Shown here in pieces: positions 48,473-58,491 of a DNA stretch of 64,000 nt. A model generated the notes under the pieces. The model did no database searches. It had not been told where the DNA came from and saw nothing but the letters and a program-made list of their open reading frames with translations. Position numbers and translations under genes: made by a program. The DNA is taken from positions 97,235 through 161,234 of the forward strand of contig CAWIUI010000008.1 of the NCBI GenBank assembly GCA_963839265.1, given 5' to 3'. Each line of letters opens with the position of its first letter. Position 1 is the stretch's first letter. This DNA is from an uncultured beta proteobacterium. GTDB taxonomy: Bacteria > Pseudomonadota > Gammaproteobacteria > Burkholderiales > Usitatibacteraceae.

Positions 48473-49364
48473 CGTGGGTCCCCTCTCTGTGGGGAGGGGT
48501 TGGGTCGGGGATTCGGGACGCGAGCTCGTACACCGTCTGGCCCTTGAGGCGGAAGTGGCGCCCGTTGTCGAGGAGGCTCTCCGCGTGGCCCGCGAAGAAG
48601 AACCCGTGCGGCTTGACGAGCGCCGCGAAGCGCTCGATGAGGCGCGCCTGGGTCGGCTTGTCGAAGTAGATCATCACGTTGCGGCAGAAGATCGCGTCGA
48701 ACGGGCCTTCCACCGGCCACTCGCGGTCCATCAGGTTCACGCGCGCGAACTCCACGCGCGAGGCGAGCTCGCGGCGCACCCGCGCGCGGCCCTCGTAGCG
48801 CCCGGTGCCGCGCAGGAAGAAGCGCCTCTGGCGCTCCTCGCTCACCTTGAGGACCGACTGCAGCCCGTACACGCCTTCGCGCGCCGTGGCGAGCACCTGC
48901 GTGTCGAGGTCCGTCGCGTGCACCTGGAAAGGGGCGTTGCCGAGCGTCTCCGCGAGGCACATCGCGATCGTGTAGGGCTCCTCGCCGGTCGAGCACCCGG
49001 CGCTCCACACCCGGTAGGGCTCGCCGCTCGCCGCACGGGTGCTCGCGTGCAGCGCGAGCGTGCGGAAGTGGTGCTCCTCGCGGAAGAACGAGGTGACGTT
49101 GGTCGTGAGCGCGTTGGTGCAGTGCTCCCACTCGGCGGGCTCGAGCTCGAGGTAGCGGATGTAGGCGTCGAACGAGGCGATGCCCAGGGTGCGCAGGCGC
49201 CGCGCGAGGCGCGCGTACACCATCTCGCGCTTCGTCGCGGGGAGCCGGATCCCGGAAAACGCGTACACGCGCTCGCTGATGAGGCGGAAATGCTCGCGAT
49301 CGAACGGGAACTCCCGCTGCGCGGGCGCGGGGGCGTGCGCCCGCTCTTCCGTGGCCGCGTTCAT
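48459..49364 (-). CDS. cheR: Chemotaxis methyltransferase CheR
   Basis: LTTNVTSFFRE, WSAGCSTGEEPY and IFCRNVMIYFD motifs. Confidence 0.95.
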   Translation of the reverse strand: MNAATEERAHAPAPAQREFPFDREHFRLISERVYAFSGIRLPATKREMVYARLARRLRTLGIASFDAYIRYLELEPAEWEHCTNALTTNVTSFFREEHHFRTLALHASTRAASGEPYRVWSAGCSTGEEPYTIAMCLAETLGNAPFQVHATDLDTQVLATAREGVYGLQSVLKVSEERQRRFFLRGTGRYEGRARVRRELASRVEFARVNLMDREWPVEGPFDAIFCRNVMIYFDKPTQARLIERFAALVKPHGFFFAGHAESLLDNGRHFRLKGQTVYELASRIPDPTPPHREGTHDDAR

Positions 49365-51160
49365 GCCGCCGCCTTCACGTGCGCGCGCGCGGCGTGCGTT
49401 CGCGTGACGGCGCTCACGTCGAGGATGAGCGCGACGCGGCCGTCGCCGAGGATCGTGGCGCCCGCCACCCCGGGCACCGCGTGCAGGTTCGAGTCGAGCG
49501 ACTTCACCACCAGCTGCTGCTGGCCGATGAGGCTGTCCACGAGGAGGGCGGCGCGGCGGTTGTCCACCTCGACCACGAGGCACAGCGGCTGCGCCCGCTC
49601 GCGGCCGGCTTCGGGAAGCCGCACCACGTCCTCGAGGCGCACGATCGGCAACTGCTCGCCGCGCACCGCGATCAGCGAAGGCTGGTTCACGATGGTGCGG
49701 ATGTCGTTCGGGCCCGGCTTGAAGGCCTCGGCGACGAACTCGATCGGCACGATGTACTGCTCGTCGGCGACGCTCACGATCATGCCGTCGAGCACCGCGA
49801 GCGTGAGCGGGAGCTGGATCGTGATCGTGGTGCCCTCGCCCTTCACCGAGGAGATGAAGACGTTGCCGCCGAGCGAGGTGATGTTGCGCCGGACCACGTC
49901 CATGCCGACGCCGCGCCCGGAGACGTCGGTCACCTCCTTCGCGGTCGAGAAGCCGGCCTCGAAGATGAGGCCCCACACCTGCTCCTCGGTCATCGATTCG
50001 TCGGCCGGCATGCCGAGCTCGCGCGCCTTGGCGATGATGCGGTCGCGGTCGAGCCCGCGGCCGTCGTCGGTCACCTCGATGATGACGCTGCCGCCGCGGT
50101 GGGTCGCGCGCATGCCCACCGTGCCCTGCTCGGGCTTGCCCGCGCGGCGGCGCTCCTCGGGCGACTCGATGCCGTGGTCGATGGCGTTCCTCACCACGTG
50201 GGTGAGCGGATCCACGAGCAGCTCGATCAGCTCCTTGTCGAGCTCGGTCTCGTGCCCCTGGGTGCGCAGCTGCACCTTCTTGCCGAGCCGGGTCGAGACG
50301 TCGTAGACCAGGCGCGGGAAGCGGCTGAACACGAACTCCATCGGCATCATGCGGATCGACATCACGGCCTGCTGCAGGTCGCGCGCGTTGCGATCGAGGG
50401 TCGCGAGGTTGTGCGTGAGGTGCTCGTCGTGCTCGTCGCTCAGGCCCGCGACCGACTGCTGCATCATCGCCTGCGCGATCACGAGCTCGCCCACCAGGTT
50501 CACGATGCGGTCGATCTTCTCGACGCTCACGCGGATCGAGGATTGCTCGGCGCGCGCGCGCGCCGCCTCCGCGGCGCCGGTCGAGCCGGGCAGCGGCTCG
50601 AAGAAGCCGAACTTGTCGGCGGCGGCCGCGGGAGCCGTCGGACCCGGCGCCGGCTCGAAAAGGCCGTAGGCGGCGGAGCGCTTCGCCCCGGCCGGCGCGC
50701 TCGCCTGCGGCTCGGCGAAGAACGATTCCTCCTTCGGCTCCTCCCGCGCCGCGACGGCCGGAGCGGCGGCCTCGCCCGCGCGATAGCCCGCCAGGCGCAC
50801 GCGCGCGGCCTCGATCGCGGCGTCCTCGCCGCGGTCTCCCGCCTTGAGGCGCTCGAGGTGCGCCTTGAACGCGTCGCACGAGTCGAGGAGCAGGCGCACC
50901 GTGGTGGCGTCGGCCTTGCCGCGGCCCTTGCGCAGCGCGTCGAAGAGCGTCTCCATCTCGTGGGTCGCCTCGGCGAGCTGCGTGAAGCCGAAGGTGCCGC
51001 CGCCGCCCTTGATCGAGTGCGCGGCGCGGAAGATGGAATTCAGCAGCTCCGGATCCTCGCGCCCCGATTCGAGCGCCATCGCCATCTCCTCGATGGACTC
51101 GATGTGCTCGCGCGCCTCGTCGAAGAAGGTTGCGATGAACCGGTTGAGATCGATCGGCAT
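49361..51160 (-). CDS. cheA: Chemotaxis histidine kinase CheA
   Basis: Hpt AHSIKG, RNAIDHG, DDGRG, GRGVGMDVV and P5 domain. Confidence 0.97.
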   Translation of the reverse strand: MPIDLNRFIATFFDEAREHIESIEEMAMALESGREDPELLNSIFRAAHSIKGGGGTFGFTQLAEATHEMETLFDALRKGRGKADATTVRLLLDSCDAFKAHLERLKAGDRGEDAAIEAARVRLAGYRAGEAAAPAVAAREEPKEESFFAEPQASAPAGAKRSAAYGLFEPAPGPTAPAAAADKFGFFEPLPGSTGAAEAARARAEQSSIRVSVEKIDRIVNLVGELVIAQAMMQQSVAGLSDEHDEHLTHNLATLDRNARDLQQAVMSIRMMPMEFVFSRFPRLVYDVSTRLGKKVQLRTQGHETELDKELIELLVDPLTHVVRNAIDHGIESPEERRRAGKPEQGTVGMRATHRGGSVIIEVTDDGRGLDRDRIIAKARELGMPADESMTEEQVWGLIFEAGFSTAKEVTDVSGRGVGMDVVRRNITSLGGNVFISSVKGEGTTITIQLPLTLAVLDGMIVSVADEQYIVPIEFVAEAFKPGPNDIRTIVNQPSLIAVRGEQLPIVRLEDVVRLPEAGRERAQPLCLVVEVDNRRAALLVDSLIGQQQLVVKSLDSNLHAVPGVAGATILGDGRVALILDVSAVTRTHAARAHVKAAA

Positions 51161-51169
51161 TTGGGGTCC

Positions 51170-51532
51170 CTAGCGGAGCACCTTCTGCACGACTTCGAGG
51201 AGGGTGGCGGGATCGAACGGCTTCACCAGCCAACCGGTGGCGCCCGCGGCGCGGCCCTGCGACTTCATGCTGTCCGAGGACTCGGTCGTGAGGAGCAGGA
51301 TCGGCACGCTCTTGTAGTCGCGCAGCTCGCGCAGGCTCCTCACGAGCGTGAGGCCGTCCATGTTCGGCATGTTCTGGTCGGTGATCACCAGGTCCACGTT
51401 GGTGGCCGTCGCGCGGTCGAGGCCCTGCGCGCCGTCCTCGGCCTCGATCACGCGGTAGCCCGCGGACTCGAGGACGAAGGTCACCATCTCGCGCATCGTG
51501 GCGGAATCGTCAACGGCAAGGATCGTCTTCAT
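51170..51532 (-). CDS. cheY: Response regulator CheY
   Basis: VDDS, TDQNMP, LTTE and KPF motifs. Confidence 0.92.
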   Translation of the reverse strand: MKTILAVDDSATMREMVTFVLESAGYRVIEAEDGAQGLDRATATNVDLVITDQNMPNMDGLTLVRSLRELRDYKSVPILLLTTESSDSMKSQGRAAGATGWLVKPFDPATLLEVVQKVLR

Positions 51533-51545
51533 GGAGATCATTCCT

Positions 51546-52079
51546 TCAGAAAAGGTCCACGCTGCCGGCGCGATGCTTGTCGCCCAGGGGCGCGCGGGCG
51601 TCCTGGTCGATCTGCTGGATCCCCGCGACGATGCAGTCGAGCATGGCGCGCGAGCGCTCGATCCAGGGCTCCGCCTGGTCGGGACGCGACACCGGGGGTA
51701 CGGCGAGCGAAATCGCCTGCGCGAGCTTCTCGCGCATCTTGTCGACCCGCAGCTTCTGCGCGTCGATGAGCTGGTTCACGAGGTCGTGCGACTGCAGGTG
51801 CTGGCACGCGCGGTAGAGGTGGTCGAGGACCAGCCCGTACTCGGCACTCTTCTCGGTCGCTTCGCCCGCGTCGCGCTGCGCGGCGACGATGCGGTCGGCG
51901 GCGCCGCGGAAGGCGGTCATCAGCTCGTCGGAGGCCTCGCGCAGCAGCGCCTGGCTGCGCGCGAGCTCGTCGGCCGTGACCGCGAGGCGCTCGTTGAGGG
52001 TCGAGGCGACGGTCACGAGAAGGTCCGCCGCCTTCGCGGCGTCGCTCGCGTCCGTCGATCCGTTGGCTCTCCTTTTCAT
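51546..52079 (-). CDS. CheZ-like helical protein
   Basis: LQSHDLVNQ (DxxxQ) and C-terminal GSVDLF; immediately upstream of cheY. Confidence 0.6.
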   Translation of the reverse strand: MKRRANGSTDASDAAKAADLLVTVASTLNERLAVTADELARSQALLREASDELMTAFRGAADRIVAAQRDAGEATEKSAEYGLVLDHLYRACQHLQSHDLVNQLIDAQKLRVDKMREKLAQAISLAVPPVSRPDQAEPWIERSRAMLDCIVAGIQQIDQDARAPLGDKHRAGSVDLF

Positions 52080-52097
52080 CGTCTTCTCTCTCGGCCG

Positions 52098-52880
52098 CTA
52101 GTGCGACAGCTGGATCACTTCGAAACGGGTCGTGCCCACCTCGATCCGGTCGCCGACGCCGATGGCGTGGCTTCCCGGCTCGAGCTCGCTCGCATTCAGG
52201 CGCGGCGCATGGGTGCCGCCGAAGCGCGCGAGGAAGTAGCCCGCGCCCCTGCGCACCACCAGCGCCGAATCGCCGCCGGCCATGCCGATCATCGTGTTCG
52301 CCCGGTCGAGGGCGATCAGCTGCCCGGCGCGCTCGCCGCCCGTCACGCGCAGCGCGAGGGCCGCGCCGTTGGTCCCGGCCGCGGCCGCCTCGCCCTCGAT
52401 CCGCAGCGCCGGATTGCGCGCGATCGCCTGGGTCCGCGAGAGGTCGCGCTCGTCGCGCTGCGCAGGCTGCGTCGCCGCTTCGTCCGCGGCCCGCGGCGCG
52501 CCCGGCCCCTGGTCGTTCGCCGCGAGCATCGTGCGCTCGTAGTCGGTGAGCACGGTGCTCTCCAGGTCGCCCACGCGTCCCATCATCATCGAATCGTCGA
52601 AGAAGTGCACCCGGTGACAACCGACCTCGATCAGGTCCAGGTGGTGCACCACCTGGTGCGAGGTCGCGATGCCGTTCACGCGCGTGCCGTTGGTGCTCGC
52701 GAGGTCCTCGACGTAGACCGTGCGGCTCACCACGCGCAGCAGCATGTGCCGGCCCGAGATGGCGGGATGGTCGATCACGACGTCGCAGTCGGGATGGCGG
52801 CCGACGACCGTCACCGGGCGGGTGAGCTCCACCTCGCCCACGATTTCGTCTCCGTAGCTCACCACGATGCGCGCTGCCAT
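52098..52880 (-). CDS. FHA-domain protein (one canonical and one degenerate FHA)
   Basis: VGRHPDCD, ISGRH and DLASTNGTRVNG motifs; C-terminal FHA-like beta sandwich. Confidence 0.88.
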   Translation of the reverse strand: MAARIVVSYGDEIVGEVELTRPVTVVGRHPDCDVVIDHPAISGRHMLLRVVSRTVYVEDLASTNGTRVNGIATSHQVVHHLDLIEVGCHRVHFFDDSMMMGRVGDLESTVLTDYERTMLAANDQGPGAPRAADEAATQPAQRDERDLSRTQAIARNPALRIEGEAAAAGTNGAALALRVTGGERAGQLIALDRANTMIGMAGGDSALVVRRGAGYFLARFGGTHAPRLNASELEPGSHAIGVGDRIEVGTTRFEVIQLSH

Positions 52881-52951
52881 TTCGGTCCACCGGCTCTTTT
52901 CATTCCGTCGCACTCGGCCGTTGCCGGCAAGGCCTCCGGGTCTTTCGCCGT

Positions 52952-53788
52952 TCATGCCTCGCGCCGGTAGCGCGAAGCGAAGGAATCGGCGGGTTTCAGT
53001 TCGTTCTCCACGTCCCTCACGCCCTCGACCGCCGCGGCGACCTCCGCCGCGGCGCTCGCCTCGCGTTGCGTGTCCACCACGCCCGCGAGCCGGACGCATC
53101 CGCCGTTGCACGCGATCGTCACGTGCATCGCGGCGGTACGCCCGTCGCGGCGCAGCGCCGAGCGCACCGCCCACTCGAGCGCCATGTTCTCCATCATGCG
53201 AACCGATTCCGCCGTCTCCTGGAAGCGCCCTTTCTTCATCATACATTCCACCTCGTCCACGCACTCCTCCACCGACAGGCGCTCGGTGGACAGGACCAGG
53301 TCGTAGTGCTCGGGCTCGCGCCAGTTCACGCCGAAATGGCGCCGCGTGATCGCGGTATGCGCTTCCTCGCTCATCTCGATCTCGTTCTCGACCGCCTCGC
53401 GGTTGTCCGTGCCGAGGCGCTCCATCATGCGCTCGATGCGCAGGTCGAGCGGCGCGCAGATCCGCAGCCGGATCACGTGCGGGACTTCCTTGAGCAGGTG
53501 AACCGCGCCCCAGCCCCGGATCACGCCGGTGGCGGCGTCGCTCAGGAACCGGAAGGTCTCGTCGGCGGTGAAGATGGACAGGCTCGTCCGGTCGGTCGTG
53601 AGCCTCTCCCAGAGGCCCGACTTGCCGTCGAGGAAGCGCTGCACGTGGCTCTTGCGCAGCCGCATCTTGTTGGCGATCGGCTCGATGATCTCCTGGTAGA
53701 CCACCTTGCGCTGCGTGCGCTCGGCGATGCCCGCGGCGACGTCCTTGCCGAGGGATCCCATCTCGCGCGTCATGGCGATTAGAGGCAT
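52952..53788 (-). CDS. Cytidylate-kinase-like family protein with C-terminal BON domain
   Basis: IAMTREMGSLG, VI-GWGA and YDLVLST motifs; BON-like V-L-G-V...V-GV-DV-NEL. Confidence 0.85.
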   Translation of the reverse strand: MPLIAMTREMGSLGKDVAAGIAERTQRKVVYQEIIEPIANKMRLRKSHVQRFLDGKSGLWERLTTDRTSLSIFTADETFRFLSDAATGVIRGWGAVHLLKEVPHVIRLRICAPLDLRIERMMERLGTDNREAVENEIEMSEEAHTAITRRHFGVNWREPEHYDLVLSTERLSVEECVDEVECMMKKGRFQETAESVRMMENMALEWAVRSALRRDGRTAAMHVTIACNGGCVRLAGVVDTQREASAAAEVAAAVEGVRDVENELKPADSFASRYRREA

Positions 53789-53826
53789 GGCTCACGTTCC
53801 TTTGTCGTTGGGTGGACGGCTACCGG

Positions 53827-55551
53827 TCAGAATTCCTTCCAGTCGTCGTCCTCGGTCGAGGCGAGGGCCGTCTCGCGGCGCCGCGTCCCTGCCGCGGCCG
53901 CGGCGGAGCGCGACTCGGCGGCCGCATGCGCCGCGTGCGGCCTCGGCATCGCCGCGAGCTGCGAAGGCGCGGCCGGCTGCGACGGGGCGAAGACCGGCAT
54001 CTGGCCCTCCTCGAGGCGGAACTGCGCCACCGCGCGCGCGAGGCCCGTCGCCTGGTTCGCCATGCTGGTGGCGGCGGCCGTGGCCTCCTCCACCAGCGAG
54101 GCGTTCATCTGCACGACGTTGTCCATCTGCGTGATCGCGCGATTGATCTGCTCGATGCCCGAGCTCTGCTCGTGGCTCGCCGCGGCGATCTCGGTCATGA
54201 TCTCGGCCACGCGCTTCACCGAGCCGACCAGCTCGTCCATGGTCTTCCCGGCCTGCTCGACCAGGCGCGCGCCGTTCTCCACGCGACCGACCGAGTCCTC
54301 GATCAGCCCGCGGATCTCCTTGGCGGAGGCCGCCGAGCGCTGCGCGAGGTTCCTCACCTCGGAGGCGACCACCGCGAAGCCGCGGCCCTGCTCGCCCGCG
54401 CGCGCCGCTTCCACCGCGGCGTTGAGCGCGAGGATATTGGTCTGGAAGGAGATGCCGTCGATCACGCCGATGATGTCGGAGATGCGTTTCGACGAGGTCG
54501 TCACTTCCTGCATCGTGGTGACGACCTTGCTCACCACCTCGCCGCCCTTCTCGGCGGTGGCCGACGCCGTGCCGGCGAGCGAGCTCGCCTGCTTGGCGTG
54601 CTCCGCGTTCTGGCGCACGGTGGTCGTGAATTCCTCGAGCGTGGAGGCGGTCTCCTCCAGGGAGCTCGCGTGCTCCTCCGTCCGGCTGGACAGCTGCTGG
54701 TTGCCCGCCGCCACCTGGTTCGCGCCGACCGCGATCGATTCGGATCCGGTGCGGATCTGCATCACCATGCGCGCGAGCCCGTCGTTCATCTCCCGCAGCG
54801 CCGCGAAGAGCTCCGCGGCCTCGTCGCGGCCCTTCGGCTCGATCTGCGAGGTGAGGTCGCCGGAAGCCACGCGACGCGCGATCGACACGGCCTCGCGCAG
54901 CGGCATCGTGATGCTGCGCGTGAGCGCCCAGGCGATGAGCACCGCGACCACCAGGCAGATCGCCTCGACGATGTAGGTCGTCAAGGCGAGCCGGTCGCCC
55001 ATCGCGAGGGCGGCGCTGGTCGCCTCCTCGTTGGACTTCTTCTGGATCTCGGAGAGGTGGTCGAGCGACTCGAGCATCTTGTTGACCGCCGGGTCGACCG
55101 AGTTCATGAGCAGCCCCACCGCTTCCTCGTTGCGGAACGCGCTCTGCAGCTGCATCGACTTGGCGAACGGCTCCTCGATCGCCTTGTCGGCCTTGTCCAG
55201 GCCCTCGACGAGGGTGCGTTCGGCGGGCGTGAGCTCGAGCTTCAGCATCGCCTGGCGCACGTCCGCGAACTTGTGGGTGAGGCCGTTGGCGATCTTCTGC
55301 TGCTCCTGCATGGCGGCGAAGTCGGTGAGCAGGCCCACGTTGCGCATCACGCTGGATCGGCGCAGCACGAGCTCCTGCATGTCGGATGCGAGGCGCTCCT
55401 TGGCCACGGCCGCGGCAGTCACCGTCGCAAGATCCTTGCGACTCTTCGTGCCCAGCGCGGTGCCGCCGGCGGAAACCACCAGCAGGACCGCCAGGATCGC
55501 CCCGAAGCCGAACGCGAGACGCGTTCCAATCGACAGATTCCGTAGGACCAT
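53827..55551 (-). CDS. Methyl-accepting chemotaxis protein
   Basis: 4HB sensor, HAMP, canonical signalling tip and C-terminal DWKEF. Confidence 0.95.
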   Translation of the reverse strand: MVLRNLSIGTRLAFGFGAILAVLLVVSAGGTALGTKSRKDLATVTAAAVAKERLASDMQELVLRRSSVMRNVGLLTDFAAMQEQQKIANGLTHKFADVRQAMLKLELTPAERTLVEGLDKADKAIEEPFAKSMQLQSAFRNEEAVGLLMNSVDPAVNKMLESLDHLSEIQKKSNEEATSAALAMGDRLALTTYIVEAICLVVAVLIAWALTRSITMPLREAVSIARRVASGDLTSQIEPKGRDEAAELFAALREMNDGLARMVMQIRTGSESIAVGANQVAAGNQQLSSRTEEHASSLEETASTLEEFTTTVRQNAEHAKQASSLAGTASATAEKGGEVVSKVVTTMQEVTTSSKRISDIIGVIDGISFQTNILALNAAVEAARAGEQGRGFAVVASEVRNLAQRSAASAKEIRGLIEDSVGRVENGARLVEQAGKTMDELVGSVKRVAEIMTEIAAASHEQSSGIEQINRAITQMDNVVQMNASLVEEATAAATSMANQATGLARAVAQFRLEEGQMPVFAPSQPAAPSQLAAMPRPHAAHAAAESRSAAAAAGTRRRETALASTEDDDWKEF

Positions 55552-55799
55552 TTCCGATCTCCCAAATGGGGCCCAGGCCCCGCTATCGTTGTCGTGGCGG
55601 CACTTTGTTGTTTCGCACCCTCGCGGTCAACGGCTCACGGCTTTCAACGGTAATCGCCGTGTAACGCGCCGCTCGCGCGCCGCAAATGCGCGGGGTCACG
55701 CGCTTCATTCGGGGGGAGCGCAGACGGCGCGAAGCCGCGCCGCCGCGTTTGTGCGGCGCATCACTTTCCCGCATTGCGGGGGGATTACCGGTGTAACCC

Positions 55800-57644
55800 C
55801 TAAGCCGCCCTGGCGGGACGTCGCTGCGGCCGGCAGGAGGGACCGGCATGCGTCGGCGTGAGGAGGAACTTCTGCATGTCCCAGGCGCCCGTCGGGCAGC
55901 GCTCGGCGCACAGGCCGCAATGCAGGCAGACGTCCTCGTCCTTCGCCATGATGCGGCCGGTCTTGAGGGGAGCTCCCACGTAGAGGTCCTGCTCGAGGTT
56001 GTCCGCCGGCGCGTTGAGGCGCTTGCGAAGCTCGGCCTCCTCGCCGTCGGCCGTGAAGGTGATGCAGTCCATCGGGCACACGTCCACGCACGCGTCGCAC
56101 TCGATGCAGAGCTTCGGCGCGAAGACGGTCTGCACGTCGCAGTTGAGGCAGCGCTGGGCCTCCTTCCACGCAAGCGCGGGATCGAAGCCCAGCTCCACTT
56201 CCTGGCGGATGTCCTTCAGCGCGACCACCAGCTCCTGGAGCGGCACCTTGTAGCGCGCGTCCGGCGCCACCTGGTTGTCGTAGCTCCATTCGTGGATGCC
56301 CATCTTCTGCGAGCTGAGGCTCGCACGCGGCGCGGGACGATCGTGCACGTCCTCGCCCTGGCACAGGAGGTCGATCGAGACCGCGGCCTCGTGTCCGTGC
56401 GCCACCGCCCAGATGATGTTCTTGGGGCCGAGCGCGGCATCGCCACCGAAGAAGACGTTCGCCCGGGTGGAGCGCATCGTCGCCGGGTCCACCACCGGCA
56501 TGCCGTGATCGTCGAACGCGATGCCGAGGTCGCGCTCGATCCACGGGAATGCATTCTCCTGCCCCACCGCGACCAGCACGTCGTCGCACTCGAAGTCCGA
56601 ATCGGGCTCCCCGGTGGGAACCAGCGAGCGGCGGCCGCGCGCGTCGTAGACCGCCTTCACCTTCTCGAAGCGCACGCCGGTGAGCCGTCCGTCGCGATGC
56701 AGGAACGCCTTGGGCACGAGGTAGTTGAGGATCGGGATGCCTTCGTGCATCGCGTCCTCCTTCTCCCAGGGGCTCGCCTTCATCTCCTCGAACCCCGAGC
56801 GCACGATGACTTTCACGTCCTCGCCGCCCAGGCGCCGCGACGAGCGGCAGCAATCCATCGCCGTGTTGCCGCCGCCCAGCACGATCACGCGCTTGCCGAT
56901 GCGCTCGATGTGCCCGAAGGAGACCGACGCGAGCCAGTCGATGCCGATGTGGATGTTCGCAGCCGCTTCCTTGCGGCCCGGAATGTCGAGCTCGCGCCCG
57001 CGCGGGGCGCCCGAGCCCACGAACACCGCGTCGAAGCCCTCGGCGAGGAGGGCCTTCATCGAATCGATGCGATGCCCGGCGCGGAAATCGGCGCCGAGCG
57101 CGAGGACGTATCCCACCTCCTCGTCGATCACGCCCTCGGGAAGCCGGAAGCGCGGGATCTGCGTGCGGATCATGCCGCCCGCGAGGCGGTCGGATTCGAA
57201 CACCGTGACGTCGTAGCCGAGCGGGGCGAGGTCGCACGCGACGGTGAGCGACGCGGGGCCGGCGCCGATGCAGGCGACGCGCTTGCCGTTCGATTTCGCT
57301 GCCGGCTTCGGCAATCTCGAGCGGATGTCGCCCTTGTAGTCCGCGGCGACTCGCTTCAGGCGGCAGATGGCGACCGGCTGCGGCTTCGCGTCCTTCGCTT
57401 CCTCGCCCGGCGCGCCTTCCTCGACGCGCCCGCGCCGGCAGGCGGGCTCGCACGGGCGGTCGCACGTGCGCCCGAGGATGCCCGGGAACACGTTCGATTC
57501 CCAGTTCACCATGTACGCGTCGGCGTAGCGGCCCTGGGCGATGAGGCGGATGTATTCGGGCACCGGCGTGTGCGCCGGGCAGGCCCACTGGCAATCGACC
57601 ACCTTGTGGAAGTAGTCGGGATTCGCGATGTCGGTCGGCTTCAC
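55800..57644 (-). CDS. GltD-like FAD/NAD(P)H oxidoreductase with 2x[4Fe-4S] C-terminus
   Basis: CQWACP, GAGPA, GGGNTAMDC, RCLNC, CIECDACVDVCP and CLHCGLCAERCP motifs. Confidence 0.92.
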   Translation of the reverse strand: MKPTDIANPDYFHKVVDCQWACPAHTPVPEYIRLIAQGRYADAYMVNWESNVFPGILGRTCDRPCEPACRRGRVEEGAPGEEAKDAKPQPVAICRLKRVAADYKGDIRSRLPKPAAKSNGKRVACIGAGPASLTVACDLAPLGYDVTVFESDRLAGGMIRTQIPRFRLPEGVIDEEVGYVLALGADFRAGHRIDSMKALLAEGFDAVFVGSGAPRGRELDIPGRKEAAANIHIGIDWLASVSFGHIERIGKRVIVLGGGNTAMDCCRSSRRLGGEDVKVIVRSGFEEMKASPWEKEDAMHEGIPILNYLVPKAFLHRDGRLTGVRFEKVKAVYDARGRRSLVPTGEPDSDFECDDVLVAVGQENAFPWIERDLGIAFDDHGMPVVDPATMRSTRANVFFGGDAALGPKNIIWAVAHGHEAAVSIDLLCQGEDVHDRPAPRASLSSQKMGIHEWSYDNQVAPDARYKVPLQELVVALKDIRQEVELGFDPALAWKEAQRCLNCDVQTVFAPKLCIECDACVDVCPMDCITFTADGEEAELRKRLNAPADNLEQDLYVGAPLKTGRIMAKDEDVCLHCGLCAERCPTGAWDMQKFLLTPTHAGPSCRPQRRPARAA

Positions 57645-57757
57645 GCCGCCTCCTCCTCGCTCGTGGCGAGCCGGAAATGAGCGTCCAGTCTACCGGGGAC
57701 GCGGTGCCCTCGGTAGTGACCTGCCGCAAGGCCACGCTCGAAGAGCGCGCCGCCGAA

Positions 57758-58477
57758 TCAGCCGCGCAGGTTGGCGCCGAGGGGAAGCGAAGCGGCGAGC
57801 GCCGCGAAATATTCCCAGGCGCGCTTCGCGACGTTGCCCGTCACCTGGTCGCGCAGGCCCTCGGCCTCCTCGCGCGTGTAGGCGCGGATGCGTGCCGCAT
57901 CGCCGCCCGCGGCCGCGAGCATGCGCAGCTGCATCGCGGCGCTCTCCTCGAGGTAGCACGCGGCGACCGTGGCCGAGCGCACGTCGCCGTAAGCGGTGCC
58001 GATCCCGTGCCCGCGCATCATCACGGCGCTTCCCGCGCCCAGCGCCATCGCGAGGAGCTCGCCCAGCTCGCGCGTGCGGATGAGGCCGATGCGCGAGTAC
58101 TCGGGGACGCCGCCGGCGAAGATGCCGCCCTGGTTGTGGACCACGCGATGCGGCTCGCCGATCTGCGTGAGGCACACGCAGGCGGGAGGATGCGCGTGCA
58201 CGATGCCGCCGACGTCGGGTCGCGCCGCATAAATGCGCGCGTGGATCCAGAACTCGCTGTTCGGCTCGCCGTCCCCCTCGAGCACGCGGCCGTCCGTATC
58301 GATGCGCAGCAGCTTCGAGGCCTCGGCGAGCCCGGGGCTGCGCCGCGTCGGAAGGAAGAAGGTGTCGGTGCCGGGGATGCGCGCGCTCGCGTGGCCGAAC
58401 GCGTTGGAGAGCCCCACGCGCTCGAGGATGCGGTTGGCGGTCGCGACGTCGTTGCGAAGCTGGGCCTCGTCGGCCAT
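57758..58477 (-). CDS. Class II aldolase/adducin family protein
   Basis: GHASAR, SEFWIH, HAHP and RGHG motifs. Confidence 0.88.
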   Translation of the reverse strand: MADEAQLRNDVATANRILERVGLSNAFGHASARIPGTDTFFLPTRRSPGLAEASKLLRIDTDGRVLEGDGEPNSEFWIHARIYAARPDVGGIVHAHPPACVCLTQIGEPHRVVHNQGGIFAGGVPEYSRIGLIRTRELGELLAMALGAGSAVMMRGHGIGTAYGDVRSATVAACYLEESAAMQLRMLAAAGGDAARIRAYTREEAEGLRDQVTGNVAKRAWEYFAALAASLPLGANLRG

Positions 58478-58491
58478 GGTTCGGGACTCCT

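Noticed and set aside
55552-55799. c-di-GMP riboswitch or sigma-28 promoter upstream of the MCP
   Set aside because: Only partial matches with wrong spacing; two GTGTAAC copies were noted but cannot be assigned.
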